Positions 1 through 10,780 of a stretch of 64,000 nucleotides of DNA are shown here, one piece after another. The translations under genes were made by a program, and so were the position numbers. The notes beneath the pieces are model-generated. The model ran no database searches and was not told the origin of the DNA. It saw nothing but the letters and a program-made list of their open reading frames with translations. Numbering within the stretch: position 1 is the stretch's first letter; each line of letters starts with the position of its first letter. Origin of the DNA: Alphaproteobacteria bacterium (GTDB lineage Bacteria; Pseudomonadota; Alphaproteobacteria; JAAXGF01); the NCBI GenBank assembly GCA_963555825.3, contig CAUVXB020000001.1, positions 960,001 through 1,024,000 on the forward strand. The letters are read 5' to 3'.

Positions 1-2
1 AC

Positions 3-1424
3 CGAAGAGAATGTCCACGAGCCGACGAACAGCCAGCACACCATGGCCGTGGTGCGGACCGTCAGGTAGACCGATTCCTTGAGCGCCGTCTGGTCGATGC
101 CGCGCCACGCCATGTAGCCCACGACCATGATCAGGAAGCCGGTGTCGAACGCCCATAGGCTGTAGTCGTGCTCGGCGAACCGCTCGCCCTGGCCAAGCAC
201 CGCGAACAGCACCAGATAGGCGGCGCCGAACAGCACGCCGACGAGCCCGGCGGCGCCGCCGAAGGCGAACAGCGGACGAAGCGCCGCGACGCGCGGCTGA
301 ATCGCGGCCAGCAGCGGTGTGCGGTCGCCGCCGAAGTGAACGGCCGCCGCGATGGCGACGCTCATGACGATGCTGATGCCCGGGAATCCGGGCAGCGTGC
401 GCTCGGTCGGCAGCGGCAGGCCGAACGCCCAATTCGCCGAGAGGCGGATGACGAAATAGGCGACGAACAGCACGACCGTCGCGATGCCGCCGACGCCGAT
501 TGCGTAGCACCACTGATTATATGGCGGGTGCGGGTTGTGGCCGACCATCCATTCCGGCGTGATGTCGCCGGCCCTGATTGACGCGATGCGGTAGCCGGCG
601 GCGAGGACGATGCCGCCGGCGGCGCCCATCGACGCGGCCTCGGTCGGCGTCGCCAGGCCGAACAGGATGGCGCCCAGCACCGACAAGATGAGGAAGGCGA
701 GCGGGAAGAACGAGGTCATCATCATGATGATGATGTTGCCCTTCCTCACCGCGTCGATATCTTCCTGCTTCGGCGGCGGCGCGAGCTTCGGGTTCAGCCA
801 CGCCCGCCCGATGACATAGATCATGTAGAGCCCGGCCAGCATGAAGCCCGGAATGATGGCGCCGGCATAGAGTCGCACCACCGACATGCTCGCCGCCGCG
901 GCGTAGACGATCAGCATGATCGAGGGCGGGATCAGGATGCCCAGGCAGCCGCCGGCGCAGATCACGCCGGCCGAAAAGCTGGTGTCGTAACGCGCCTTGA
1001 GCATGGCCGGGAAGGCGAGAAGCCCCATCAGCGTCACCACCGCGCCGATGATGCCCGAGGCGGTGGCGAACAGCGCGCAGGTCGCCAGCGCGGCGATCGC
1101 CATCGAGCCGGGCAAGTGCCGGGCGGCGATCTGCAGCGTGGAGAACAGGCGATCGACCAGGTTGGCGCGCTCGACGATATAGCCCATGAACAGGAACAGC
1201 GGCACCGCCACCAAGACGTCGTTGGCCATCACCGAATAGGTCTGATTGACCAGCAGATCGAAGATCCGGTTGTCGAACAGGCTCTGCATCCGATCGACGT
1301 CGTAATAGGCGTAGTAGCCGAAGAATATGGCCATCCCCATCAGCGTGACCCAGATTGGGAAGCCGAGCAGGATCGTGACGATGAAGAGGCCCAGCATGAG
1401 AACGGCGACGGTTGGGTCGCTCAT
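3..1424 (-). CDS. dctM: TRAP transporter large permease DctM (3' end outside window)
   Basis: Manual translation (absent from ORF track): MSDPTVAVLMLGLF...GLATPTEAASMGAAGG...LKESVYLTVRTTAMVCWLFVGS; ATGA overlap with dctQ stop. Confidence 0.9.
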   Translation of the reverse strand, partial: MSDPTVAVLMLGLFIVTILLGFPIWVTLMGMAIFFGYYAYYDVDRMQSLFDNRIFDLLVNQTYSVMANDVLVAVPLFLFMGYIVERANLVDRLFSTLQIAARHLPGSMAIAALATCALFATASGIIGAVVTLMGLLAFPAMLKARYDTSFSAGVICAGGCLGILIPPSIMLIVYAAAASMSVVRLYAGAIIPGFMLAGLYMIYVIGRAWLNPKLAPPPKQEDIDAVRKGNIIIMMMTSFFPLAFLILSVLGAILFGLATPTEAASMGAAGGIVLAAGYRIASIRAGDITPEWMVGHNPHPPYNQWCYAIGVGGIATVVLFVAYFVIRLSANWAFGLPLPTERTLPGFPGISIVMSVAIAAAVHFGGDRTPLLAAIQPRVAALRPLFAFGGAAGLVGVLFGAAYLVLFAVLGQGERFAEHDYSLWAFDTGFLIMVVGYMAWRGIDQTALKESVYLTVRTTAMVCWLFVGSWTFSS

Positions 1425-2041
1425 TTGTCATCCTCCTGGCTGGCCGTGGCCTGCTGGGCCGGCACCTCGTCGTCGTGTTGGTGTGTGAGGACCAACTCCA
1501 ACTCCTCGACATCTTCGAGACGCGCCGGCCAGGCGCCGGTTTTCAGGCAAACAATGCACCGGCAAACCTGGGCGATCCCCTGCAGGAACAAGAGACCCGC
1601 GGCAATCGGAAGGACCGTCTTGAACTGCGAAATGGGAACGTTGGCCGGGCTGTTGATGCTGACCTCGCCGCTGCCGTAGTTGTACGACCACGACTCGAGG
1701 GCGTAGTCGGTTCCGGCATATATGAACGCGATGATCCCCGGGAAGAAAAACAGGAAATAGAGTGTCATTTCGACGGTCGCCTGGATTTTCGGCTTCCACA
1801 AGCGGTACAGCACGTCGCCGCGCACGTGGCCGTCGCGCGACAGCGTGTACGCGCCGCCCATCATGAACAGCGAGCCGTACATCATATAGCTCATGTCGAA
1901 CGCCCACGACGTCGGGTCGCGCAGCGCATAGCGCACAAAGACCTCGTAAGCGACGGCGAAGGTCAGCAGCAAGATGCACCAGGCAAACGCCTTGCCGACC
2001 CACGCGCTCAAGCTATCGATATAGAAGATCAACCGGACCAT
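1421..2041 (-). CDS. dctQ: TRAP transporter small permease DctQ
   Basis: 4 TM segments, WAFDMSYMMYG and GHVRGDVLY motifs; lies between dctP and dctM; start taken at MVRLIF. Confidence 0.9.
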   Translation of the reverse strand: MVRLIFYIDSLSAWVGKAFAWCILLLTFAVAYEVFVRYALRDPTSWAFDMSYMMYGSLFMMGGAYTLSRDGHVRGDVLYRLWKPKIQATVEMTLYFLFFFPGIIAFIYAGTDYALESWSYNYGSGEVSINSPANVPISQFKTVLPIAAGLLFLQGIAQVCRCIVCLKTGAWPARLEDVEELELVLTHQHDDEVPAQQATASQEDDK

Positions 2042-2081
2042 TGACGATTCCCAAACCCGGCGGGACGCCGGGCGCGGCACG

Positions 2082-2113
2082 ACCGGGGCGGCGCACGGCG
2101 GCGCCGCCCCGGT
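2082..2113. other. 13-bp GC-rich stem-loop between dctP and dctQ (possible mRNA stability element or attenuator)
   Basis: ACCGGGGCGGCGC-6 nt-GCGCCGCCCCGGT perfect inverted repeat. Confidence 0.6.
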
Positions 2114-2149
2114 TAGTTTCTAACGTCGATTTCTTCCGCGAGCGCCGGC

Positions 2150-3301
2150 CTAGAACGGCAGCGCACCCGGGAAGTAGTGCTCGTAGGCGAGCTTGTAGTC
2201 GGCCGCGTTGACGATGTCGTAGAACGCCACCCGCTGCGACCAGACTTTCTGGCTGTCGACCACCTTCTTGAAGAAGGGATCCTCCGCGTTCAGCTTGGCC
2301 AGCACCCTGTCCCAGGAGTCGAGCTCGGCCTTCATGATATCCTCGCCGGTGCGCCAAATGTTGACGTTTTGCGGCGGCTCCATGAGCCACTGGAGGTCCT
2401 TGGAGTATTGGTCCATGGCCCAGCCGTAGTTGGCCGTGTTGGCGGCCTCGGCGCCGTACTCGAGAATCGCCTGGTGTTCGCCCGGCAGGCCGTCGTACAC
2501 GTCCTTGTTGAAGATGATCTCGAAGAACTCGGCCGCCTGGTGATAGCTGCCCATGTGATAGTGCTTCGACACGTCCTGCGCGCCGAACCGGCTGTCGGCG
2601 GTCGGGTTGTTGAACTCGAACGCCTCGATGACGCCCTTCTCGAGCGCCGGCATGATCTCGCCGCCCGGCAACTGCGTCACCTTGAGGCCCATGCCCTGCA
2701 TGATGTCCGTGGCGAGGCCGACCGTCCGGTACTTGAGACCGACCAGCTGATCGAGGCTGGTGACGTGGAACTTGAACCAACCCAGCGGCTGGGTCGGCAT
2801 CGGCATGGCGAAGAAGCTGAGAATGTTCAGATTAAGGATGTCGCGCTGCAGCTCGACCAAGAGCTCCTTGCCGCCGCCATAATGAATCCAGGCGAGAATC
2901 TGCGGTGCGTTGCAGCCGAACACCGGGCCGGTGCCGAACAGCGACGCGGCCTTGTTCTTGGAGTACCAGTAGGCGGTCACCGTGTGAGCCGCGTCGAGCA
3001 CGCCCTTGTGACAGGCGTCCTGCACCTGGAATGCCTTGACGACGGCGCCGGACGGCAACAGATCGATCTTCAGGCGGTTGCCGGACATCGCCTCGACACG
3101 TTCGACATATTGTTTCGCCATGTCCTGGAACGGGCTCGTTGCACCCCAGGACGATTGCATTTTGAGGGTCTTGGTTTGCGCCCGCGAGACCTGCGGGAAC
3201 GCCAAGGCAGCCGTGGCGCCCGCTGTCGCGACGCCTGCGCCTTTCAGGAAACGGCGCCGGCTGGCGCCCGTCTCATCGGTCTTCGACACTTTCTCTCCCA
3301 T
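2150..3301 (-). CDS. dctP: TRAP substrate-binding protein (TakP-like, alpha-keto acid type) with Tat signal
   Basis: SRRRFLKG Tat motif; LKMQSSW, QPLGWFK, GLKYRTVG, FEFNNP motifs. Confidence 0.88.
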   Translation of the reverse strand: MGEKVSKTDETGASRRRFLKGAGVATAGATAALAFPQVSRAQTKTLKMQSSWGATSPFQDMAKQYVERVEAMSGNRLKIDLLPSGAVVKAFQVQDACHKGVLDAAHTVTAYWYSKNKAASLFGTGPVFGCNAPQILAWIHYGGGKELLVELQRDILNLNILSFFAMPMPTQPLGWFKFHVTSLDQLVGLKYRTVGLATDIMQGMGLKVTQLPGGEIMPALEKGVIEAFEFNNPTADSRFGAQDVSKHYHMGSYHQAAEFFEIIFNKDVYDGLPGEHQAILEYGAEAANTANYGWAMDQYSKDLQWLMEPPQNVNIWRTGEDIMKAELDSWDRVLAKLNAEDPFFKKVVDSQKVWSQRVAFYDIVNAADYKLAYEHYFPGALPF

Positions 3302-3561
3302 TTGACATTCCTCCCTTATGGGTTAGCGCGTTTCGCGCTTACGCTTGGGCCACTGCGGTCGCATCCTGGGGATCGCTGATAATTCCTCCCGCAACACGTG
3401 ACGCAGACCCGGCGATGTCGCAGCAGCACAGGCGCGCCATTTCGACACCGGATAGCTCGGGCCGGAAGACTCCAACATTTTCGGGTCTGCCGCAAGCTTT
3501 ATCGCCTCGGCACACGGAGTTGTGCACGGCGTTCGGACGTCAGAGAGCCAGCTTTCTCGAA

Positions 3562-4527
3562 CTATGCGACGCGGTCGCGCGGCTCGTTTCCGGCGGTGAT
3601 CGCGTCGAGATTGTCGAGCGCGCGAAAGCCCATCGCGTCGCGCGTTTCGCGTGTCGCGCTGCCGATATGGGGCAGTAGGAACGCGTTCTCGACCGCGTGA
3701 AACGCGGGGTCGATCGCCGGTTCGTTGTCGTAGACGTCGAGACCCGCGGCGGCGAGCTTCCCCGAGGCCAGCGCGGCGAGCAACGCCGCCTCGTCGACGA
3801 TCGCGCCGCGCGCCGTGTTCACGAGAATCGCATGATCGGGCAAAAGCGCGATGCGCTCGGCGTTGATCAGCTTCCGGGTCTCGGGCGTCGCCGGGCAGTG
3901 TACCGACAGGAAATCGCATTCCGGCAGCATTGCCTCGAGGCTCTCGTGGAACGTCGCACCGGCCTCCAGTTCGGCGGCGAGCCGGCGGTGGTTGTGGTAA
4001 TGCACCGTCATGTCGAAGCCGCGCGCGCGCCGCGCGGTGACCAGGCCGACGCGGCCCATGCCGACGATGCCGAGGCGCTTGCCGGTAACCTCGATGCCGA
4101 CCATGAACGCCGGCGACCAGGAATTCCAGCCGCCCGAACGCAGCAGCCGCTCGCCTTCGCTGGCGCGCCTGGCGGCGCCGAGCATCAAGAGCATGGCGAT
4201 TTCGGCGGTCGCGTCGCTCAGCACCTCGGGCGTGTTGGTGACGGCGATACCGCGCGCCTTCGCGGCCGCCAGGTCGACGTGGTCGACGCCGACCGAGAAG
4301 TTGACGATCGCGCGCAGACGCTCGGGCAGCCGGGCGATCACCGCGGCCGACAGATTCTCGGTGTGACACGGCACGATGGCGTCGGCGTCCTGCGCGCGCT
4401 CGACCAGCTCGTCGTCGCTGTAGCGGCGGTCTTCCGGGTTGAAGCGCGGGTCGTAGTCGCGCCGCAAGCGATCCTCGACCGCGTCGGGTAGCTTGCGGGT
4501 GACCAGGACGGTCGGTCGGTCGCTCAT
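3562..4527 (-). CDS. D-2-hydroxyacid dehydrogenase (glyoxylate/hydroxypyruvate reductase family)
   Basis: GIVGMGRVG, LVNTARG, GLDVYDNEP, LPHIGSAT motifs. Confidence 0.9.
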   Translation of the reverse strand: MSDRPTVLVTRKLPDAVEDRLRRDYDPRFNPEDRRYSDDELVERAQDADAIVPCHTENLSAAVIARLPERLRAIVNFSVGVDHVDLAAAKARGIAVTNTPEVLSDATAEIAMLLMLGAARRASEGERLLRSGGWNSWSPAFMVGIEVTGKRLGIVGMGRVGLVTARRARGFDMTVHYHNHRRLAAELEAGATFHESLEAMLPECDFLSVHCPATPETRKLINAERIALLPDHAILVNTARGAIVDEAALLAALASGKLAAAGLDVYDNEPAIDPAFHAVENAFLLPHIGSATRETRDAMGFRALDNLDAITAGNEPRDRVA

Positions 4528-4644
4528 GAAGCTTTCTCCTCGGGATTCACGCACCTGTCGGCGGGCGCATTATAGGCACAATCGGTCGCCCTGTCGGCGA
4601 CCCGAAATTCACGCGCGCCGCGCGAATCGGCTTGCATTCTCACC

Positions 4645-4756
4645 CGAAAATATGATTAACGGGCGCCCTGGGACACCGGTCCGAGGCCGGGCCACGGTCG
4701 TGGGGGGACGATCATGCGGTATTGCATCGTAGGCGCGGGCGCCATGGGCGGCTTGC
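4645..4756 (+). repeat. Diverged duplicate of the upstream region and first 14 codons of the panE-like gene (stub)
   Basis: 4714 ATGCGGTATTGCATCGTAGGCGCGGGCGCCATGGGCGGCTTGC vs 5759 ATGCGGTATTGCATCGTGGGCGCGGGCGCCATGGGCGGCCTGC; upstream CGAAAATaTGAtTAAcGGGCGC vs CGAAAATgTGAaTAAaGGGCGC. Confidence 0.9.
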
Positions 4757-4864
4757 ACGGGCGCCATGGGCAAATAGATTCAGCCATTAAACGGTCCAAG
4801 AATCGTAGACAAAATTTTTCAAAACTTGAGTTTTCAGTTATCGCGCTATCGATGGGAGGACACC

Positions 4865-5581
4865 ATGCGAGTTTTAGCGCACGGACCACCATTTCGGCAC
4901 CCAACCTGGATCGACAGGGCCGTGACGCCTGCCCTCATGGGGATTGGTATGCAATCCTTGGGATTCGGCCTTCAGGCGCTTGTGCCAAGCATGCCGAAAC
5001 AAATCGCTTGGGTTCTGTTTTTGGGTGGAATGCTGCTCATCGGATTCAGCCTTTTTCATTGGGTCGTGGACACGATCCTACCCAAGATACCCATCCCTCG
5101 CTGGCTACCGGAAAAATTGAGAACACCAATTTTTTGGGCAAAATATAAACCGATCGTTGGATATGTTGAAATACCTCAATTTTATGTAAATGATAAATTA
5201 GGAAAGGAAAAAAGTCTGGAGATATATACTGATGTATTTATAACTTCAGTTTTCCCGTACGGGATGACGCGTGTCAATTTTAAGCCGTCTTTGGTCAGGC
5301 TATATGAAATATTCGATAACAAACGGCATGTTTTCGAATTCTCGCCGGTACTCGGTTCACTTATTTGGCAATTGGGGCCTGGCGAAACACGAATACTTCG
5401 TGTAAAATTTGAATGGAGCAGCTGCGAACACGGTTTGGCGCGATCACCAGACATTGATCGCGAATTTGACTGGCGGTTAGTGAGAGTTCGCGCGAGCCTC
5501 GTGGGCGAGAATATCGTCTCTCGAGATTTGCCTGATGTGCAAGGGCACGTGCTTGGTGTGAAGGAGAGGGGTTCCGAATGA
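4865..5581 (+). CDS. Hypothetical AT-rich membrane protein (2 N-terminal TM segments plus beta-rich domain)
   Basis: GGGAGGA RBS before ATG 4865; 238-aa ORF in a visibly AT-rich patch. Confidence 0.65.
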   Translation: MRVLAHGPPFRHPTWIDRAVTPALMGIGMQSLGFGLQALVPSMPKQIAWVLFLGGMLLIGFSLFHWVVDTILPKIPIPRWLPEKLRTPIFWAKYKPIVGYVEIPQFYVNDKLGKEKSLEIYTDVFITSVFPYGMTRVNFKPSLVRLYEIFDNKRHVFEFSPVLGSLIWQLGPGETRILRVKFEWSSCEHGLARSPDIDREFDWRLVRVRASLVGENIVSRDLPDVQGHVLGVKERGSE

Positions 5582-5758
5582 ATGCCGTGCGGGCCGCCGA
5601 ATGATTGCCCAATAGGTCTTCATTATCCGACCTAACTCACTGAGAATAAATCTGAAATTCCATTCCGGTAGTTTTCTCTTGCTGCCGTTTACGAAAATGT
5701 GAATAAAGGGCGCTCGGGCCGCCCGGTCGGCCCATGTCTCGGGGTGGGGGGCATTCCA

Positions 5759-6757
5759 ATGCGGTATTGCATCGTGGGCGCGGGCGCCATGGGCGGCCTG
5801 CTCGCCGCCAAACTGGCGCTCGCCGGTGAGGACGTCACGGTCATCGCGCGCGGCGCGCATCTTCAGGCGATTCAGCGCGACGGGCTCAAGCTGATCATGA
5901 AGGACGGCGAGGAGCACGTCGCGCGCGACATCGTCGCGACCAGCGACATGCGCGAGGCCGGCGAGCACGACGTCGTCATCCTGGGCATCAAGGCCCAACA
6001 GATTCCCGGCATGGCGCATGCCGTGCGTCTGATGTTCGGCAAGAACACCGTTGTCGTGCCGGTGCAGAACGGCATTCCGTGGTGGTACTTCCACAAGCAC
6101 GGCGGGCCGTTCGACGGCCGGCGCCTCGACGCGCTCGACCCGGTCGGCGCGATCGACGGCAGCATCAGCCCCGGGCGCATCATCGGCTGCATCGCCTATC
6201 CCGCCGGCTACATCGCCGAACCCGGCGTGATCCAGCACGTTTCGGGTGACCGCTTCCCGCTCGGCGAGCTCGACGGCACGATCACGCCGCGCATCGAGGC
6301 GATTTCCGAATCGTTCACCAACGCCGGCTTCAAGGCCTATATCCTCGAGGACATCCGCTCCGAGGTCTGGCTCAAGCTGTGGGGCAACCTGTCGTTCAAC
6401 CCGGTCAGCGCGCTGACCGGCGCGACGCTCGAGGGCATGTGCCAATACCCGCCGAGCCGCGATCTGGTGGCCAAGATGATGACCGAGGCGCAGGACGTCG
6501 CCCACAAACTCGGCATTACCTTCCGCCACACCATGGAGAAGCGCATCGACGGCGCCGAGAAGGTCGGCGCCCACAAGACCTCGATGCTGCAGGACGTCGA
6601 GGCCGGCCGGCCGACCGAGGTCGAGGCGACGGTCGGCGCGGTGGTCGAGCTCGGCCGGCTGACCGAGACGCCGACGCCGCATATTAACGCGGTTTACGCC
6701 TGCCTCAAGCTGCTCGAGGAAACGCGATTCGCCGACAGCGCCCTGGTGGCCGCCTAG
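5759..6757 (+). CDS. panE: 2-dehydropantoate 2-reductase (PanE/ApbA family)
   Basis: IVGAGAMGG, VQNGIPWW, WLKLWGN, KTSMLQD, TEVEA motifs. Confidence 0.8.
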   Translation: MRYCIVGAGAMGGLLAAKLALAGEDVTVIARGAHLQAIQRDGLKLIMKDGEEHVARDIVATSDMREAGEHDVVILGIKAQQIPGMAHAVRLMFGKNTVVVPVQNGIPWWYFHKHGGPFDGRRLDALDPVGAIDGSISPGRIIGCIAYPAGYIAEPGVIQHVSGDRFPLGELDGTITPRIEAISESFTNAGFKAYILEDIRSEVWLKLWGNLSFNPVSALTGATLEGMCQYPPSRDLVAKMMTEAQDVAHKLGITFRHTMEKRIDGAEKVGAHKTSMLQDVEAGRPTEVEATVGAVVELGRLTETPTPHINAVYACLKLLEETRFADSALVAA

Positions 6758-6792
6758 GTCGCTCGGGTTCGGCGCGGCAAGGCCGCATGTCA

Positions 6793-6873
6793 CCCAATAA
6801 TGGGGTCGGATACCATTTCTCTAATTATTTTAACGACAATTCAATGAAGTAAACGGTGTCTGACCCCAATAAT
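6793..6873. repeat. REP/MITE-like inverted repeat with AT-rich core
   Basis: Arms AATAATGGGGTCGGATACCATTT (6796-6818) and AAACGGTGTCTGACCCCAATAAT (6851-6873); CCCAATAAT at both ends. Confidence 0.6.
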
Positions 6874-6899
6874 TATGGCGCGGATGCGTCGGCCGGGCG

Positions 6900-7439
6900 C
6901 TACAGGGCGTGCATCGCCGATGCGGTGATGTTCTTCTTTCGGATGTTGATGGTCACCGGCGTCGCGTTGCTGAGGATGTCGAACACCGGACAATGCGCGT
7001 CGACCGCGTCCTTCAGGCGCTGAATGTCTTGCTCGCTCGCCGGGCTGTCGATGACCACGTCCGCGGTGATTTTCGAATAACCCGGCCGCGCCTCGTCATC
7101 GACGTCCAAAAAGCCGCATAGATCGATGTCGCCGGTGACCTCGACGACGATTCCGTCCATCGGAATGCCGAGCAGGTCGGCATACAGCCGGTAGGTGATC
7201 TCCTGACAAGCGCCGAGCGCCGTCAGGATCAGCTCGACCGGATTGGGGCCCGCGTCGGACCCGCCGAGCGCCTCCCGTTCGTCGATCGTCAGGTTGAAGT
7301 TCCGCGTTTGCGCCACGCACTGCAATCCTTCGACCAGCGCGCTCACCGAGCGGTACTGGACCTTGGCGCGCTCGGCGTTCGAGCGGTACGTCGACTGGAA
7401 CGCCTCGACTTTCTCCTTGAAAGACGTCTTTTCATTCAT
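6900..7439 (-). CDS. OsmC/Ohr family protein
   Basis: LGGSDAGPNPVELILTALGAC and HCPV conserved Cys pair. Confidence 0.88.
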   Translation of the reverse strand: MNEKTSFKEKVEAFQSTYRSNAERAKVQYRSVSALVEGLQCVAQTRNFNLTIDEREALGGSDAGPNPVELILTALGACQEITYRLYADLLGIPMDGIVVEVTGDIDLCGFLDVDDEARPGYSKITADVVIDSPASEQDIQRLKDAVDAHCPVFDILSNATPVTINIRKKNITASAMHAL

Positions 7440-7759
7440 CAGCCGTGTCCCCGGGGCGATGTGTTCCTGGGATCAAGCTGTCACAATCAGCCCGGAGATT
7501 CAATCGATCCGGTCCTTCGGGGTCCTCACAAAATCTTGATTTACATCCAACCCGACGGCCGCATTCCAGTTGGTCGTCCCAATCCCCGGGATTCGGTGCC
7601 CGTGGCCCAATCGACAGCCCATTGGCCATTTAGGGCCACAGCGGTTACAAATGGTCCGGTCCCGGCGGCCCTCTGGTCGTCGGTTCGCACAGGGGGTGCC
7701 GGCCGAAAAACAAAAATTCGGCCCTGTTTGGCCGTCCAAGAACGCGGATTTCACGTCCA

Positions 7760-8957
<1,198 letters not shown>

Positions 8958-8960
<3 letters not shown>

Positions 8961-9109
8961 AGTCTTTGTTCCGGTCACCTTTGGTGACCTGCGCTCAATC
9001 GCCGCGCATACTTCCGCCGAGCGGTCGGCGGCCCCCCTCTTGTTGGAATCAAGGTTGGCGCGGGCTGGAAGATTCCGATCGAGTTCAATTTCGATCGCAC
9101 AATTCTCTA
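8958..9109 (+). repeat. Structured intergenic repeat, copy A
   Basis: Core CCGGTCA..TGACCTGCGCTCAATCGCCGCGCAT..GCCGA.CGGTCGGCGGCCC..GCGGGCT..CCGATCGA shared with 16.5, 22.9 and 36.9 kb; TAGAG...CTCTA ends. Confidence 0.9.
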
Positions 9110-9131
9110 ACCCATGGGGCGGCGCAGCGTT

Positions 9132-9650
9132 CTACGATCCGTCGGCTTGGTTGACAAGCGTGATCTTGGGATCGCGCGCCAGCGTCTGGTACACGACGCA
9201 ATAGCGCTCGGTCAGCTTGAACAAAGTGGCGAGCTGCTCTTCGCTCGCAGTGGTATCGAGGTCGAAGCGCAGGCGGATGTCGGTGAAGCCGACCGCGGCG
9301 TCGCGGTCGACGCCCAGCGTGCCGCGGAAATCGAGATCGCCCTCGGCGTGCACCGTGCCGCCCGCGACCGGCACATCGAGTGCTGTCGCCACGGCGCGCA
9401 GCGTCACGCCCGCGCAGGCCGCGAGTGCCTCGAGCAGCATGTCGCCCGAGCAGGCCGACAGGCCGTCGCCGCCAGTCGCGGGGTGCAGCCCGGCCTCGAC
9501 GATCGCCTTGCCCGTGTCGACCGAGCAGGTAATGCCTTCCTCGCCAAGGGTACCGTCGGCCTTGAGCGTAATGACCGCCGATTGCGGTGATTCCTTGTAT
9601 TGATCTTTGAACGGCGCTTGCAGCGCCCGGAGTTCTGCCGCGTCCATCAC
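9132..9650 (-). CDS. OsmC family protein
   Basis: GLHPATGGDG, CSGDMLLEALAACAG, LTERYCVV motifs. Confidence 0.88.
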   Translation of the reverse strand: MMDAAELRALQAPFKDQYKESPQSAVITLKADGTLGEEGITCSVDTGKAIVEAGLHPATGGDGLSACSGDMLLEALAACAGVTLRAVATALDVPVAGGTVHAEGDLDFRGTLGVDRDAAVGFTDIRLRFDLDTTASEEQLATLFKLTERYCVVYQTLARDPKITLVNQADGS

Positions 9651-9710
9651 GATCTCCTCACATGCCTGGGCGTGAAGATATCAATTTCGGCACGGCAACG
9701 ATAGCGCCGC

Positions 9711-10457
9711 TCAAAGCTCGATTGCGGCGGCATCGCGGAGTATCGCCTCGGCGCCCGGCGTATAGCGACCGTCGGCCTCATGCAGCGCCAAACCCGGCGC
9801 GAGTACGGCCGGTGTCGCGGCGCCTTTGCGTGCTTGAACGATGACACGCCTGGCCGGCCGCCCACCCGTCGCGTCGGGCCACAAGGGAAAGACCACGATT
9901 GCGCCCGCCTTGCCGTACAGATGCGCAATCAGCGCGTCGAGCCGGTCGGCACGATGGACGATGGTGATGATGCCGCGCGGTTTTGCCATGCGTATGCAAA
10001 AGCCGATCCAGGCGGCGAGGTCGGCCGTCCCTTCGATCGCCGCAAGCGCCTTGGCGTCGTCGGGCGATCGCTCGACGCGGCCGGCTTCGTGGTGCGGCGG
10101 GTTCGACATGACATGGTCGAAGCTGCCCGGCGCGAGGCGCGGCGGCGGCTGCATCAGGTCGCCGACCAGCACCTCGACCCGGTCGCCGACGCCGTTGAGC
10201 GTGGCATTGTCGGTCGCAAGGCGTGCCAGCTCGCGTTGCATCTCGATGCCGACGATGCGGCAGCCGGGCGCCCGTGTCGCGAGACAGAGCGTGGCGGCGC
10301 CCGCGCCGGCGCCGACATCGAGCACGGTCTCGCCGGCCCCGGCAGGCACGGCGGCGGCGAGCAGCACCGGATCGATCGCCGCGCGGTAGCCGGCCTTGGG
10401 CTGCTTCAGGCGGACACGACCGCCGAGCAGATTGTCGTCGGTCAAGCCGTCAGTCAC
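9711..10457 (-). CDS. SAM-dependent methyltransferase, tRNA1(Val) A37-N6 (TrmN6/YfiC-like)
   Basis: GYRAAIDPVLLA, VLDVGAGAGA and SNPP motifs; usual position near ispB. Confidence 0.8.
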   Translation of the reverse strand: MTDGLTDDNLLGGRVRLKQPKAGYRAAIDPVLLAAAVPAGAGETVLDVGAGAGAATLCLATRAPGCRIVGIEMQRELARLATDNATLNGVGDRVEVLVGDLMQPPPRLAPGSFDHVMSNPPHHEAGRVERSPDDAKALAAIEGTADLAAWIGFCIRMAKPRGIITIVHRADRLDALIAHLYGKAGAIVVFPLWPDATGGRPARRVIVQARKGAATPAVLAPGLALHEADGRYTPGAEAILRDAAAIEL

Positions 10458-10668
10458 GGCGATAAGACTCGCCCGCCAAATCGAGCACGCGGCGCGCCGC
10501 GACGATATCGTCGTCGATGACCATCAGACGGCGCGGGATGGCGCCGATGCTGCCCTCGAGGATGCTCGTGTGGGTGTCGAGCACCACGGTCTCGATGCCC
10601 GCGTCGGCGAGCAGCGCGCCGAGGAACGACAGCCGCACGATGTCGTTTGTCCGCAACAACTCGACCAT
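10450..10668 (-). CDS. DUF2007-type small putative signal-transducing protein
   Basis: MVELLRTNDIVRLSF...SILEGSIGAIPRRLMV; conserved position divergent from ispB. Confidence 0.75.
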   Translation of the reverse strand: MVELLRTNDIVRLSFLGALLADAGIETVVLDTHTSILEGSIGAIPRRLMVIDDDIVAARRVLDLAGESYRRD

Positions 10669-10780
10669 GTTTAATCCCGCTTCCCCCCATTCGCCCGTCT
10701 GATAAACTGCCAACATAACAACAACGGGCGGCCATGCTTGCCCGAGCGCCAACGGCGCGTCAAGGGAGGGGGAACGACAC

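Noticed and set aside
4714-5148. 144-aa ORF starting like panE
   Set aside because: Only the first 14 codons are panE-like; the rest is read-through into the AT-rich insert
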